From NCBI GenBank assembly GCA_024679065.1, contig JAGIQG010000004.1, positions 63,116,001 to 63,180,000 of the forward strand: a stretch of 64,000 nt of DNA, read 5' to 3'. This DNA comes from Sphyrna mokarran. Taxonomy: Eukaryota. Shown here piece by piece: positions 52,244 to 64,000 of this stretch. A model generated the notes under the pieces. The model was not told where the DNA came from. It did no database searches and worked only from the letters and a program-made list of their open reading frames with translations. The translations under genes and the position numbers were made by a program. Every line of letters begins with the position of its first letter. Within the stretch, counting starts at the first letter, position 1.

Positions 52244-52423
52244 CGAAAAAGAAAATAAATTAACTTGAGCTGACCGTCCCTATTAAAGTCGTATTCACAA
52301 ATCACCTCGTAAAATAGATCTCGATATTTCATGCAACAGCTCGCAACGTCATCTATCAAAACGGTTTGTCAACGAAACATTTGCAGACTAACAGAGGTGC
52401 ACCTCATCAATAAGCTTTGAACA

Positions 52424-52469
52424 ATGTTTGCGTGTCAGTGCATATGGGTCCTAGGAATTATTTACGAAG
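52424..52469 (+). CDS. Gene B exon 1: signal peptide (MFACQCIWVLGIIYE/V)
   Basis: ATG 52424, phase-1 donor G|GTATCT, homologous to gene A leader; short intron to V exon. Confidence 0.82.
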
Positions 52470-52685
52470 GTATCTTCCACAACAAATTGTTTTCTCATTT
52501 AGAATCTTTTAATCTTGCTTTCTTTTTCATCGTGTGTCCGCCTATATTCCGCCTACATATCTTTCTATGTATCTATCTATCTTTTTATCTATCTATCTAG
52601 CTATGCATCTGTTTCTCTCCCTATCTGTTTACGTTTAACGTACAATTTATTCATATGTAACAACTACATTTTAAATGTTTTATAG

Positions 52686-52997
52686 TTGCTTCCACATGGG
52701 TGTCGCAATTGCCTGAAAGCACCATTTTGATGGCGGGTTCAGATATTACGTTCCACTGTACAGCGAATTCTGTCCAGATTCATTCAGATGTGGATGTTTA
52801 TTGGTGGAAACTTGGCGATGAAACATTTTTACAACCGAATTCTGATGACAGAAAGCGATTCTTTCCTTTTAAAAGCGGAGCGACTTCCTTCCAGATCCTG
52901 AATGTCCGTGTCTCCGACTCCGGATTCTATTACTGCGGAGTGCGAGACGCAGGTAGCAGGATCCTCAATGGAACTGGATCCAGACTTGTTGTGCACG
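52686..52997 (+). CDS. Gene B exon 2: V-set domain with germline-fused J-like strand
   Basis: Acceptor tgttttatag; VASTWVSQLPESTILMAGSDITFHCTANS...VYWWKLGD...FQILNVRVSDSGFYYCGVRDAGSRILNGTGSRLVVH; donor G|GTAAGA; 312 nt. Confidence 0.95.
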
Positions 52998-54128
52998 GTA
53001 AGAGACATGGAACATCTGCTGTTGTACGATGCTATACAGAAGATCAGAGGCAGTTTTGATTAAACAGGGAGATTAACAGGGCAAATTTGTGGGGTTATAA
53101 GGATACGTCGGTGGAGGGATTTTTCTTGGTGCAGACTCGATGGGCCGAATGGCCTCCTTCAGCCCTGTAGGATTCTATAATTCTGTAATCAGTGAATTTA
53201 TTTCTAATGTTAATTTGTGGAAGTCGGGCCTATCACAATATCACAATCCGCATCCATTGTTTGTTATGCATCTATATTCTACATGTTTACCTGTTTTAGT
53301 GCAGGGTTCCAATGCATTATTTAGATGAGGGATTTTACCTAAAAATGCCTATGTGGCAAAAAGAACCTTGATTGACTGACGATATGGATAGACAACAAAA
53401 CATTTTTGTTACGAGGGTTTGTTTTTCACAATTTTATTTCAGAATCCTCAGGTTTGATACTCCTGTGGCACCACCTTCAAAAATTATAAAGCAAAATTAC
53501 TCAAACTGATCGGTATATGAAACCGATCAGTTCGCTACCGATTGAAATTAATTAGAGGGCAAGATTATAAAAAAATGCTGATACCAATGGCGCCTTTCTC
53601 ATCCGGGGTGTTTGACACATTTAGGTTAAACCTTTAAGTAACATGAATTCGAGTAAATTTCAGGTAACTGGAAACACAGCCCCATTCTGATCATGTTTGG
53701 AAATTAGATTTGATACTCACTTGGAATATGAGTGTGGAATCCAATCTGTGGATTTAACAGCGCCACTTCGCGTGGTCAGAACAGATCTATAGTTAATTTT
53801 GCTTCAAGTTAGGATTGAAACAAAAACCTGCATTGTTCGCTCCCCCTTCCTCCCCCCCCCCCCACCCGCCCTCTCCCCCCGCCCCCAAACGCCTTCGCAG
53901 CTCCACGGTTCATCCCTTCAAACGTTTGTTGTTGCCAAATTTGCAGCAATTTCCAATTTTTCACCTTTAAAGTATTGAACCAATTATGATTCAGCTTATC
54001 ATGAGACCAATGTATCACTTGGCCGTAATAATATTTCCCCTTGCTACAGAAATAGAAATCTTAACTCAATCAATTTCAAATAATATTGTTCACATGAGTT
54101 TTGTTTATTTACACGGTGCATAATCATA

Positions 54129-56550
54129 GAACATAGAACATAGAACATTACAGCACAGAACAGGCCCTTCGGCCTTCGATGTTGTGCCGACCAAAATAAA
54201 AAGCAATGCCCCTCCAAACTAAACCATTCCCTTCTCTTCCATATACTTATCAATTAACCTCTTAAACGCCACCAAACTTGGCGCATCTACAACAGCTGCA
54301 GGCAGGGCATTCCACTCCCTAATCACTCTTTGAGTAAAGAACCTACCTCTGATATCCGTCCTATAACTCATACCCCTTAATTTAAAGCTGTGTCCCTCGT
54401 GCTAGCTTTCTCCATCCTAGGAAAAAGGCTATCGCTGTCCACCCTATCTAAACCTCTAATCATCTTATATGCTTCAATAAGATCCCCTCTTAGCCGCCTC
54501 CTTTCTAACAAAAACAACCTCAAATCCTTCAACCTCTCTTCATAGGACCTGCCCTCCATACCAGGCAACATCCTGGTAAACCTCCTCTGTACCCTCTCCA
54601 ATGCCTCCACATCTTTCTTATAATGTGGGGACCAGAACTGCACACAATACTCCAAGTGCGGCCGCACTAGAGTTTTGTACAGTTGCAACATGATGCTGCG
54701 GCTCCTAAATTCAATCCCCCTACCAATAAAAGCTAAGACTCCATATGCCTTCTTAACAACTTTATCCACTTGACTGCCTACTTTCAGGGATCTATTGACA
54801 CATACACCAAGATCCTTCTGTTCCTCAACACTATTAAGAGCCCTACCATTAGCCCTATACTCTACACATTTATTGTTCCTGCCAAAGTGCATTACCTCAC
54901 ACTTTTCCACATTAAACTCCATTTGCCACCTCTCGGCCCAGCTCTGCAACTTGTCCAAGTCACTCTGTAAACTATAACACCCCTCTTCACTATCTACCAC
55001 TCCACCGACTTTAGTGTCATCTGCAAATTTACTGATCCATCCCTCAATACCCTCATCCAGATCATTTATAAAAATTACAAACAGCAGGGGCCCCAAAACA
55101 GACCCCTGAGGTACACCACTTGTCACCGAACTCCACGATGAATATCTCCCATCAACCACCACCCTCTGTCTTCTATCTGCCAGCCAATTCCTAATCCAAT
55201 TAGCTAAATCACCCTCTATTCCACACATCTGCATTTTCTGTAGAAGTCTTCCATGGGCCACCTTATCAAACGCCTTACTAAAGTCCATATATACTACATC
55301 AACCGCCTTACCCCCATCCACCTCTTTGGTCACTTTCTCAAAAAACTCAATAGGTTAGTAAGGCATGACCTACCCTTCACGAAACCATGCTGACTATCCC
55401 CAATCAATTCATTTCTCTCTAAATAACTATAAATCCTATCCCTAATAATTCTCTCCAATACTTTGCCCACAACAGAAGTAAGACTCACTGGCCTATAATT
55501 CCCTGGAAGGTCTCTCTTCCCCTTCTTAAACAATGGGACCACATTCGCTATCCTCCAGTCCTCCGGAACCACACCCATAACCAACGAGGACCTGAAGATC
55601 AGAGCCAGAGGCTCTGCAATCTCCTCGCTTGCCTCCCAGAGAATCCTAGGGTAAATCCCGTCCGGCCCAGGGGACTTATCCAACTTCAAACCCTCGAGAA
55701 TTTCTAGCACATCCTCCCTATCTACTACAATACTTCCCAATTTGCAACCCTGTACCTCAGTGTTCTCCATAGCTACATTTCCAGCACTCTGCGTGAATAC
55801 CGAAGAGAAATATTTATTCAGTGCCTCACCAATCTCTTCAGGCTCCACGCACAACTTCCCACTGCTGTCTATGACTGGCCCTAATCTTGCCCTAACCAAT
55901 CTTCTATTCTTAACATATCGAAAGAAAGCTTTAGGATTCTCCTTAATCCTATCAGCCAACATCTTCTCGTGTCCCCTCTTAGCTCTCCTCAATTCACTTT
56001 TTACCTCCTTCCTGGCTAATCTATAGCTATCCATTGCACTAACTGAGCCTTCAAGCCTCATCCTGACATAAGCCTCCTTTTTCTTCTTAACCAGCAAATC
56101 AACTTTTTTCGTACACCAAGGCTCTCTTACTCGACCATTTCCTCCCTGCCTGACAGGGACATACTTATCAAGGACTCGCAGCAGCTGCTCCTTGAATAAG
56201 CACCACATTCCAGATGTTCCCAGTCCCTGTAGTTTCCTAGTCCAATCTATGCACCCTAATTCTCTCCTGATGGCCTCATAATTACCCTTCCCCCAGCTAT
56301 AACTACAGCCCCCAGCTTCATGCCTATCCCTGTCCATCACTAAGGTGAACGTAACCGAATTGTGGTCACTATCACCAAAATGTTCACTAACTTCCAAGCC
56401 TAACACCTGGTCTGGCTCATTGCCCAGCACCAAATCCAATGTAGCCTCACCTCTAGTTGGCCTATCTACATACTGGGTCAAAAAACCTTCCTGCACACTC
56501 TGTACAAAAACTGACCCCTCTAACGAGCTAGAGCTATAGCTATTCCAATC
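54129..56550 (-). mobile_element. Young CR1 (2.4 kb, 5'-truncated), antisense in gene B intron 2
   Basis: ORFs 55330..56688 and 54377..55333 separated by one frameshift; TSD AATCATA at 54122-54128 and 56551-56557. Confidence 0.93.
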
Positions 56551-56932
56551 AATCATAATGATGAAATACTTCTGAATAGATATGAAAAAGTACTCCTTTG
56601 TTTTTCTATTTGAAATTTGGTATTTTTCCCTTTGCCCAGATGAGTGCAAAATACGAAGCTTCCACAGCATGCTTCTTTCTACAGGCAATATTTATTTGCA
56701 AGACCAAAACCAACCTGAATGTCTTGCGCATTATTTTCTGCTGGTATTATAACATTGTTCATCAGTGTTCGCATATTAATTTAGAATTAGTAATGAGAAT
56801 TTAAGATTGTCGTGATTTAGTTTGGTTCCTGTGACTAAAAACCATTTGATCATAGCCAGGAACACTGGATCTTAATGGAAAATAAGGTACACAAATAGAA
56901 ACAATCAATGTTTTCATTTCGCTGTTCCACAG

Positions 56933-57241
56933 CTTCCCCAGAACCCATAAGACTGATCCCCAAGGTTTTCCGTACCAACTCATCTACTCGAACACTTGTA
57001 TGTGAAACGGCTGAGTTCTACCCAGAGTCTCTCACCTTCATTTGGTATAGAAACGACAGCAACATTGTGACTGGAATCAGCACCATTCAAACGGTGAACG
57101 CAGAGGGAGAGTATAAAGCTTCCAGTAGTTTGGAAATGGCAGATCCAGCCCAGAGCGGTATTGTGTATACCTGTGTGGTGTCTCACCTCACACTGCAGTA
57201 TCCAATCATGGCTATTTACTTGGACTCCATTTCTAATTCAG
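56933..57241 (+). CDS. Gene B exon 3: C1-set Ig domain
   Basis: Acceptor gctgttccacag; ASPEPIRLIPK...TLVCETAEFYPESLTFIWYRND...EGEYKASSSL...VYTCVVSHLTLQYP...SNS; donor G|GTAAGA; 309 nt. Confidence 0.95.
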
Positions 57242-57888
57242 GTAAGATGCCAATCTTTGCACAGATATGGTCGGTAACCGTTTGCTATGTATCCACATTT
57301 ATGTCGTTCAATCCTCTGAACTTAATTACGTTCTTTTAAAGACTGGTTCGTCTTAGAGGTTTGTAAAGCGAATGAAAGTGGGAAAGAGAGCAATCTATTA
57401 CAGATATTATTCATTACCAAATTTCACTCAGATTCAATGAGTTGCCCTTTAACGCAAAACAAAGAAAGACATGGAACGTCTTTTCACTCATGACTTTAGA
57501 ATTTCCTCGTTATGACAAGCTGCTGATACCCTTGTATGGATATTCCGCTTTATAAGACACTCACCTGCACTCATGTGCCTATAATTATCGATATGTTGTG
57601 CCTACCTGTAAAATTCACCTCAATGGAGATGCAAACGATAAATGTGTATTGATTCAATACGAACAGGAAATGTAGTCACTTGATTGTGAAGTCAGAATCA
57701 ATAATAGTACTAGGTCATACGAGTTAGAAGTCTTCTGCTCAGTTACTGAAAAATATTTGCAATATATTTTTTTCCATAGACTGACTGCGTATCACTTCCT
57801 TCGACGGGAAAATTATATTTGGCTATTCATATTAATAGCAATAATTATATTACGTTCGCTGTTTTCACTATCATTATCATTTTCACAG

Positions 57889-58002
57889 ACCCTGGCCACA
57901 CTTCCATTTATCTACAGATTTCTATATATGCAGAAGTTGTATTGATATTTCTAGCCCTGAGCGCTTTCATTATGAAGAGCTACCAACACCGCAAGTGTAA
58001 TG
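57889..58002 (+). CDS. Gene B exon 4: stalk + transmembrane segment containing Glu; downstream exons unresolved
   Basis: Acceptor tcattttcacag; DPGHTSIYLQISIYAEVVLIFLALSAFIMKSYQHRKCN; donor G|GTAAGG. Confidence 0.85.
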
Positions 58003-60461
58003 GTAAGGAGCCAACCAAGTCGCTTAATTTGGATACAAGCCAAGAATGAATCCAGTCGACACAGTAACTCCCACCGCACTGTTTTAACCCAGTATTAGCT
58101 CAAAAACGCAGGTATTCTTTCAAGCTTTTTCCTCTCTGGTAGATATTTTGAAACGACAAATGTGAAAACAAAAATATTTTGATCCGCGAAGTCTGTCGCA
58201 TTGAACAGGCTTCAGACCGAACTACTTCGGACAACTTGCTCTTAAAACTCTCTTCATATTTTGATAGCTGTGACAGATTCCACCCCAGTCGCTGAGCCAA
58301 TCCATAACATTCTAATACGATTAACGATATTCTTTAAAAAAGTCAATCTGTCTTATCTCGCATCGTTAACTGATCCTTCCTTTAAAAATTAATCAGTTCT
58401 TTCTTACGCCGTATCCCATCTGTATACCAAATTTTAATAATATCCATTCATTGGTTTCTGAAATGAGTTATTTACAAACATTTTAGCAGACTAACTATCG
58501 GGCAAGAATAGTCTACCCTCCCACCTATAGTGACGGGAGGCAACGAAGAAACACAACAGGAGGAAAGAAGAGAATCTGATCCAAGAATGGAAATTTAATG
58601 ATATGTGATCTGTTCCTTTGGAGCTACAGTCTGAAACAAATCAATTGTCAATCGAATGAACATAAAGTAATGTTTAAGGAGTAGCGATGTTTTGTTGGTT
58701 ACATTTTTGGTGATGTTTTGAAGTTTGATGCATAAATTGCGTTTTAAGGGCTGAATGCATTTAAGGAATCTTAAGATGGGATTCTCTGCCCTGTGATCCT
58801 CAAGGCGGCATTGGTTGAAGTTCAGTCGGATCATCTTCCCTAGATATATAGTCGGAGTTTATTTAATTTAGGCGCCTTTGGAAATAAAAAAGGGGGGCAG
58901 GCCATGTCGAAGAACTGGTGTGATTTTCTTCTGTATTTCAAAAACGTTGGAAGAACAAAAGAACAGAATTCTCCAATAAGCATATTTGAGTTGGTAATTT
59001 TGTACCTATTGCTAGATGGTTATATGCACTCGAGTTATTGTGTAACATCAACTAATCCTATCTGTCCCTTTATCAGCTTTATACATTTCCAATCCAGTAC
59101 AGAATCGAAAAGATTCCGATCGTAGTTCTGTCTACAATGGCCCGTCAAAACGTCAAGGAAGGTTGAGAGTATAGATGTAACTTGAATCTCCCGTTACATT
59201 GGCCCGTCAAACACTCACAGAGCAGGTACAGGTTTTCTATTGTGAAGCGTTTCAAATAGAGATAGTTTTTAGGAGCTGACAATGTAAAGGTCCGGTACAA
59301 AAACACCACAAACAAAGCTAGCAGCCCCAGAGGAATTGACCTTCTGTTTAAAATAAGGTGAACATGTCTGTTGCAATAAATTGCATGAAGATCCGCTTTA
59401 ATAAATAGTCTACCATTAGACCATTTCTCTACAACCTCCGTCTGGCTCAGTGCTTGCATGAATGCACAATATTAAAACATGATCCTTAACATAATCAATG
59501 GTTCCAAGCACCTCGGCGAATTGTTACCAAACACACTTGGCCAAAGAGCCATGTAAGTCTTGCGAGGAGTGATGAAATATTTTGCAAAGACATGTTCTTA
59601 AGGGTGTCTCGAACGCGGAAAACATCGTTGCATTGGAGAGATTTTAGGATGGAATTCCAGAGCTTAGAGTCTTGGCAGCTGAACGGTGAAGCGAAGTTCA
59701 AGAGGCCAGAATTGGAGGAGCACAAGTATCAGAGATGTATAGAGTTAGAGTAGAAGATAGATAGGGTGGGATAAGGCCATGGAGGAATTTCAAAAACGAG
59801 GTTAATTGAAGCATTGCTTAACAAGGTAAGTTAGTAGGCATCAAGGTGATAATAGAACTCAACATGCCATGTCTTAAGCGATTGGAAAAGAATTTTGGTA
59901 GTCACACATGTACCATGTGGCAGCACAAAGTCACTGTCGGTCCAGTTATGGGAGTCTGAATATTGAGAAAACACCCCTGCATCATTAAAATATCTGAAAA
60001 ATTCATTTGGTGCAATATTCCGCAGCAGGAAATTTCTCCAGAATTAGGACCATCTCCCACTCACATCTGCAATTCATCAACAGAAGAGAGATTCTGGGAA
60101 GCCGTATCCACATTCACAATCAAGTTAAAAAACAAGGACTAGAACAGAAATATTGGAGACCTAAAGAAATGGCAGGCAGAACGAGCAAACTAGAAGTACT
60201 AGTGTGAGCGGTGAATATTGCAAAGGCAGAAGATGAATGATAGGGCGCTTAAGAATGGAAATAATCTCAAACGTTTGCAGAAAGTTACTTAAGAAAGAAG
60301 GCCAGAGCTATAAGATTGAGAGGATGTTGCCCCCTGTGAGGACAACGCAATTTAGAAAACACAATAATTGTTTTTCATGTTTGTTTTATGCATCACTCTC
60401 TTGGAGCTAACTAAAAAAAATTCTAATTCACAGACCAGGGAAGGGATGCCTGAAAGTACTC

Positions 60462-60770
60462 AGAGTCATAGATGTTCACAGCATGGAAACAGGTTCTTTG
60501 GCCCAACTTGTCCGTGCCACCATTTTTTAAACAAAATACTAATCCCAATTGTCCACATTTGGCCCATAATCCTCTCTACCCATCGTACCCATGTAAATAT
60601 GTAAATACTTTTTAAAAGGCAAAATTGTACCTGCCTCTACTGCTACCTGTGGCAGCTTGTTCCAGAGATAGTAGTAGCTCTGGACTACTACCAGAGTAGT
60701 AGAGGCTTTTAAAAGACAAAAGCCTTGTATGAAAAATTTCCCTGTAGATACTTTAATATCTCTCCTCTCT
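60462..60770 (-). mobile_element. LINE 3'-tail fragment
   Basis: agagtcatagatgttcacagcatggaaacagg..ggcccaact...tgtacctgcctctactgctacctgtggcagcttgttccag. Confidence 0.65.
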
Positions 60771-60771
60771 C

Positions 60772-63139
60772 GTCAGGGTTTCATGACTCAGTATGTAGAG
60801 TCAGTATGTAGATAGGCCAACAAGAGGTGAGGCTATATTGGATTTGGTAGTGGGTAATGAACCAGACCAGGTGTTAGACTTGGAGGTGGGTGTGCACTTT
60901 GGTGATAGTGACCACAATTCGGTTACGTTTACCTTAGCAATGGAAAGGGATCAGCACGTACCGATTAACAGTAGTTATAGCTGGGGGAAAGGTAATTATG
61001 AGGCTATTAGGAGAGATTTAGGATGCATAGGGTGGAGCTGGAAATTGCAGGGGCTGGGGACATCTGAAATATGGAGAATATTTAAGGAACAGCTTCTGCA
61101 TGTCCTTAATGAATATGTACCTGCCAGGCAGGGAGGAAGTGGTCGAGTGAGGGAACCATGGTGTACTAAGGAAGTTGAATCTCTGGTGAAGAGGAAGAAG
61201 GAGGCTTATATAATGATGAGACATGAAGGCTCAGTTAGGGCAATGGAGAGCTATAAATCAGCCAGGAAGGAGCTAAAGAGGGAGTTGAGAAGAGCTAGAA
61301 GAGGACACGGGAAGACTTTGGCGGATAGGATTAAGGAGAATCCTAAAGCTTTTTACAAGTATATAAATAATAAAAGATTGGTTAGGGCAAGATGAGGGCC
61401 AGTCAGAGATAGCAGTGGGAAATTGTGCGTGGAGCCTGAGGAGATAGGAGAGACACTGAATGAGTATTTTTCGTCAGTATTCACGCAGGAGAAAGACAAT
61501 GTTGTCGGGGAGAATACTGTGATACCAGGTTGTAGACTGGGCAGGATTGAGGTTCATAAGGAGGAGGTGTTAGCGAATCTTGAGGGTATGAAAATTGATA
61601 AGTTCCCTGGGCCAGATGGGATTTACCCTAGGATTCTCTGGGAGGCTAGAGAGGAGATTGCAGAGCCTTGGCTTTGATCTTCATGTCGTCGTTGGCTACA
61701 GGTATAGTGCCGGAAGACTGGAGGATGGCAAATGTTGTCCCTTTGTTCAAAAAAGGGAGTAGGGACCATCCTGGAAATTATAGACCGGTGAGCCTGACTT
61801 CTGTTGTGGGCAAGGTCTTGGAAAGAATTATAAGGGATAGGATTGATAAGCATCTAGAGAGGAATAAATTGATTAGGGATAGTCAGCACGGTTTTGTGAA
61901 GGGTAGGTCGTGCCTCACAAACCTTATTGAGTTTTTTGAGGAGGTGACCAAAGAGGTAGAGAAGGGTAAGGCAGTTGATGTAGTGTATATGGATTTTAGC
62001 AAAGCGTTTGATAAGGTTCCCCATGGTAGGCTACTGCAGAAAGTGCAGATGCATGGGATTGAAGGTGATTTAGCAGTTTGGATTAGGAATTGGCGAGCTG
62101 ATAGAAGACAGAGGGTGGTGGGTGATGGGAAATATTCAACCTGGAGTGCAGTTACAAGTGGTGTACCTCAAGGATCTGTTTTAGGGCCACTTCTGTTTGT
62201 CATTTTTATAAATGACCTAGATGAGGGTGTAGAGGGTTGGATTAGTAAATTTGCTGACGATACCAAAGTGGGGGGAGTTGTAAACAGCGAGGATGGATGT
62301 TACAGTTTGCAGAGGGACATAGATAGGTTGCAGAGCTGGGCCGGGAGGTGGCAAATGGAATTCAATACAGATAAGTGTGAGGTGATTCACTTTGGTAGGA
62401 ATAACAGGCATATGAAATATAGGGCTAATGGAAGGACCCTTAATAGTGTTGTCGAGCAGAGGGATCTTGGGGTACAAGTAAATAGCTCTTTGAAAGTTGG
62501 CACCCAGGTTGATAAAGTTGTTAAGAAGGCGTACGGTGTGTTAGCTTTTATTGGTAGAGGGATTGAATATAGGAGCCGTGAGGTTATGTTACAACTGTAC
62601 AAAACTCTGGTGCGGCCGCACTTGGGAGTATTGCGTACAGTTCTGGTCGCCGCATTATAAGAAAGATGTGGAAGCATTGGAAAGGGTGCAGAGGAGGTTT
62701 ACCAGGATGTTGCCTGGTATGGTGGGAAGGCCTTATGAGGAAAGGCTGAGGACCTGAGGTTATTTTCATTAGAGAGAAGAAGGTTACGCGGTGACCTAAT
62801 TGAGGCATATAAGATGATCAAGGGATTGGATAGGGTGGATAGTGAGAACCTTTTTCCTCGGATGGTGATGACCAACAGGAGGGGACATAACTTTAAATTA
62901 AGAGGTGGTAGTTATAGGATGGATGTCAGAGGCAGGTTCTTTACACAGAGGGTGGTTATAGCGTGGAATGCTCTGCCTGCAGCAGTTGTGGGCTCGCCTA
63001 CTTTGGGGGCATTCAAATGTTCGGTGGATAGGCATATGGATGATATTGGAATAGGTTAGGTTAGAAGGTCCACTGGCCGGCGCAACATCGAGGGCCGAAG
63101 GGCCTGTACTGCGCTGTAATGTTCTATGTTCTATGTTCA
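60772..63139 (+). mobile_element. CR1 LINE (5'-truncated, few disruptions)
   Basis: ORFs 60838..61395, 61423..61677, 61668..62660 (FADD), 62814..63059; tgttctatgttctatgttc tail. Confidence 0.93.
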
Positions 63140-63655
63140 ATCTTTGCCTTCTAGTTTTAGGCTCCCCTGCCTTTGGGAAAAGATATTGACTACGTAGCTG
63201 ATCTGTGCCCCTCATTATTTTATAGATCTCTATAAGATTACCCCTCAGTCTCCTATGCTCCGAAGAGAGAAGTCCCAGACTATCCAGCCTCCTTATAACG
63301 CAATTCATAAAGTTCCAGCAGCATCCTAGTAAATCTTTACTGCACTTTTTCTAGTTTAATGATATTCTTTCTATAATATGGTGCCCAGAATTGCACACAG
63401 CCAAGTGTGCCCTTAGCAATATCTTCTGCAACTTCAAGAAGACATTCCAACTCCTGTATTCAAAGTTCTGACCAATAAAACCAACTATGCCGAATGCCTT
63501 CTTCACCAGTCTGTCCACTTGTGACTCTACTTTTAAGGAGCTATGAACAAATATCCCTAAATCTCTTTGTTCTGCAGCTGTCCCCAGTGCCCTACAATTA
63601 ATTGCATAAGTCATGCCCCCGTTTAGTCTATCAAAATGCATCGCCTCACATTTAC
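63140..63655 (-). mobile_element. CR1 fragment
   Basis: RRLRGNLIEIYKIMRG and VKKAFGIVGFI motifs. Confidence 0.8.
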
Positions 63656-64000
63656 AAAAAACAAAGAACAAAACCGTACGGGAAACAGGCCCTTCGGCCC
63701 AACGAGCCCACGCCGCCACCCCGATGTTCCCACCTCTACCCGCAATCCCTGCTCATGTTTATAGATCTATGGATTAAAAACAAAATTTGAGACAATTTAG
63801 GGAGAATTTGTTTTGCCAATTAGCCTAAGAGCACGTCTTTGGGATGTGGGAGGAAAGTGGAGCTCCCGGAGAAAACCCACGCAAGCACGGGGAGAATGCG
63901 CAAACTCCCACAGACACAGGCCCAAATCCATGTATCTGCACAGCACAGCGATAGTCACTGAGCTGTCGAGTTGCCCATCAGATGGTCCAGGTCTAGCGTA
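63656..64000 (-). mobile_element. 3' unit of the V-SINE-containing CR1 family (runs off window)
   Basis: Near-identical to 34240-34580 and 45135-45480. Confidence 0.88.

Noticed and set aside
59098-59225. Gene B first cytoplasmic exon (VQNRKDSDRSSVYNGPSKRQGRLRV*)
   Set aside because: Plausible acceptor, but no donor gives a consistent phase and there is no clear homology to gene A exon 5; cannot be supported without cDNA.

Overview
Eukaryotic, repeat-rich genomic DNA from a cartilaginous fish, most likely a shark (inferred from HE1/V-SINE-type and DeuSINE-type SINEs and many CR1 LINEs). Most of the ORF track is LINE debris (CR1, Rex1/Babar, L2-like, Penelope-like). Between the repeats lie two tandem, same-strand, intron-containing paralogous Ig-superfamily receptor genes that the ORF track only partly shows. 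Each reads leader, one exon with a germline-joined V+J-like domain (no RSS), one C1-set domain, then a TM exon. Gene A (13137-31025, 7 predicted exons, about 372 aa) ends in an inhibitory tail (ITIM LTYAAL, ITSM-like TEYAQL). Gene B (52424-58002, 3' end unresolved) has a Glu in its TM and no ITIM exon that I could find in the window. The main candidate system is a cluster of non-rearranging, antigen-receptor-like VJ-C1 receptors (SIRP/NKp30-like), possibly an inhibitory/activating pair. Secondary points: a CR1 family carrying a V-SINE core in its 3' UTR, nested CR1 insertions with TSDs, a near full-length CR1 with a duplicated 5' monomer, an intronic fold-back element with a 13-bp TSD, and a perfect 155-bp tandem duplication. 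All exon models were built by eye from GT/AG sites and phase, with no database search.
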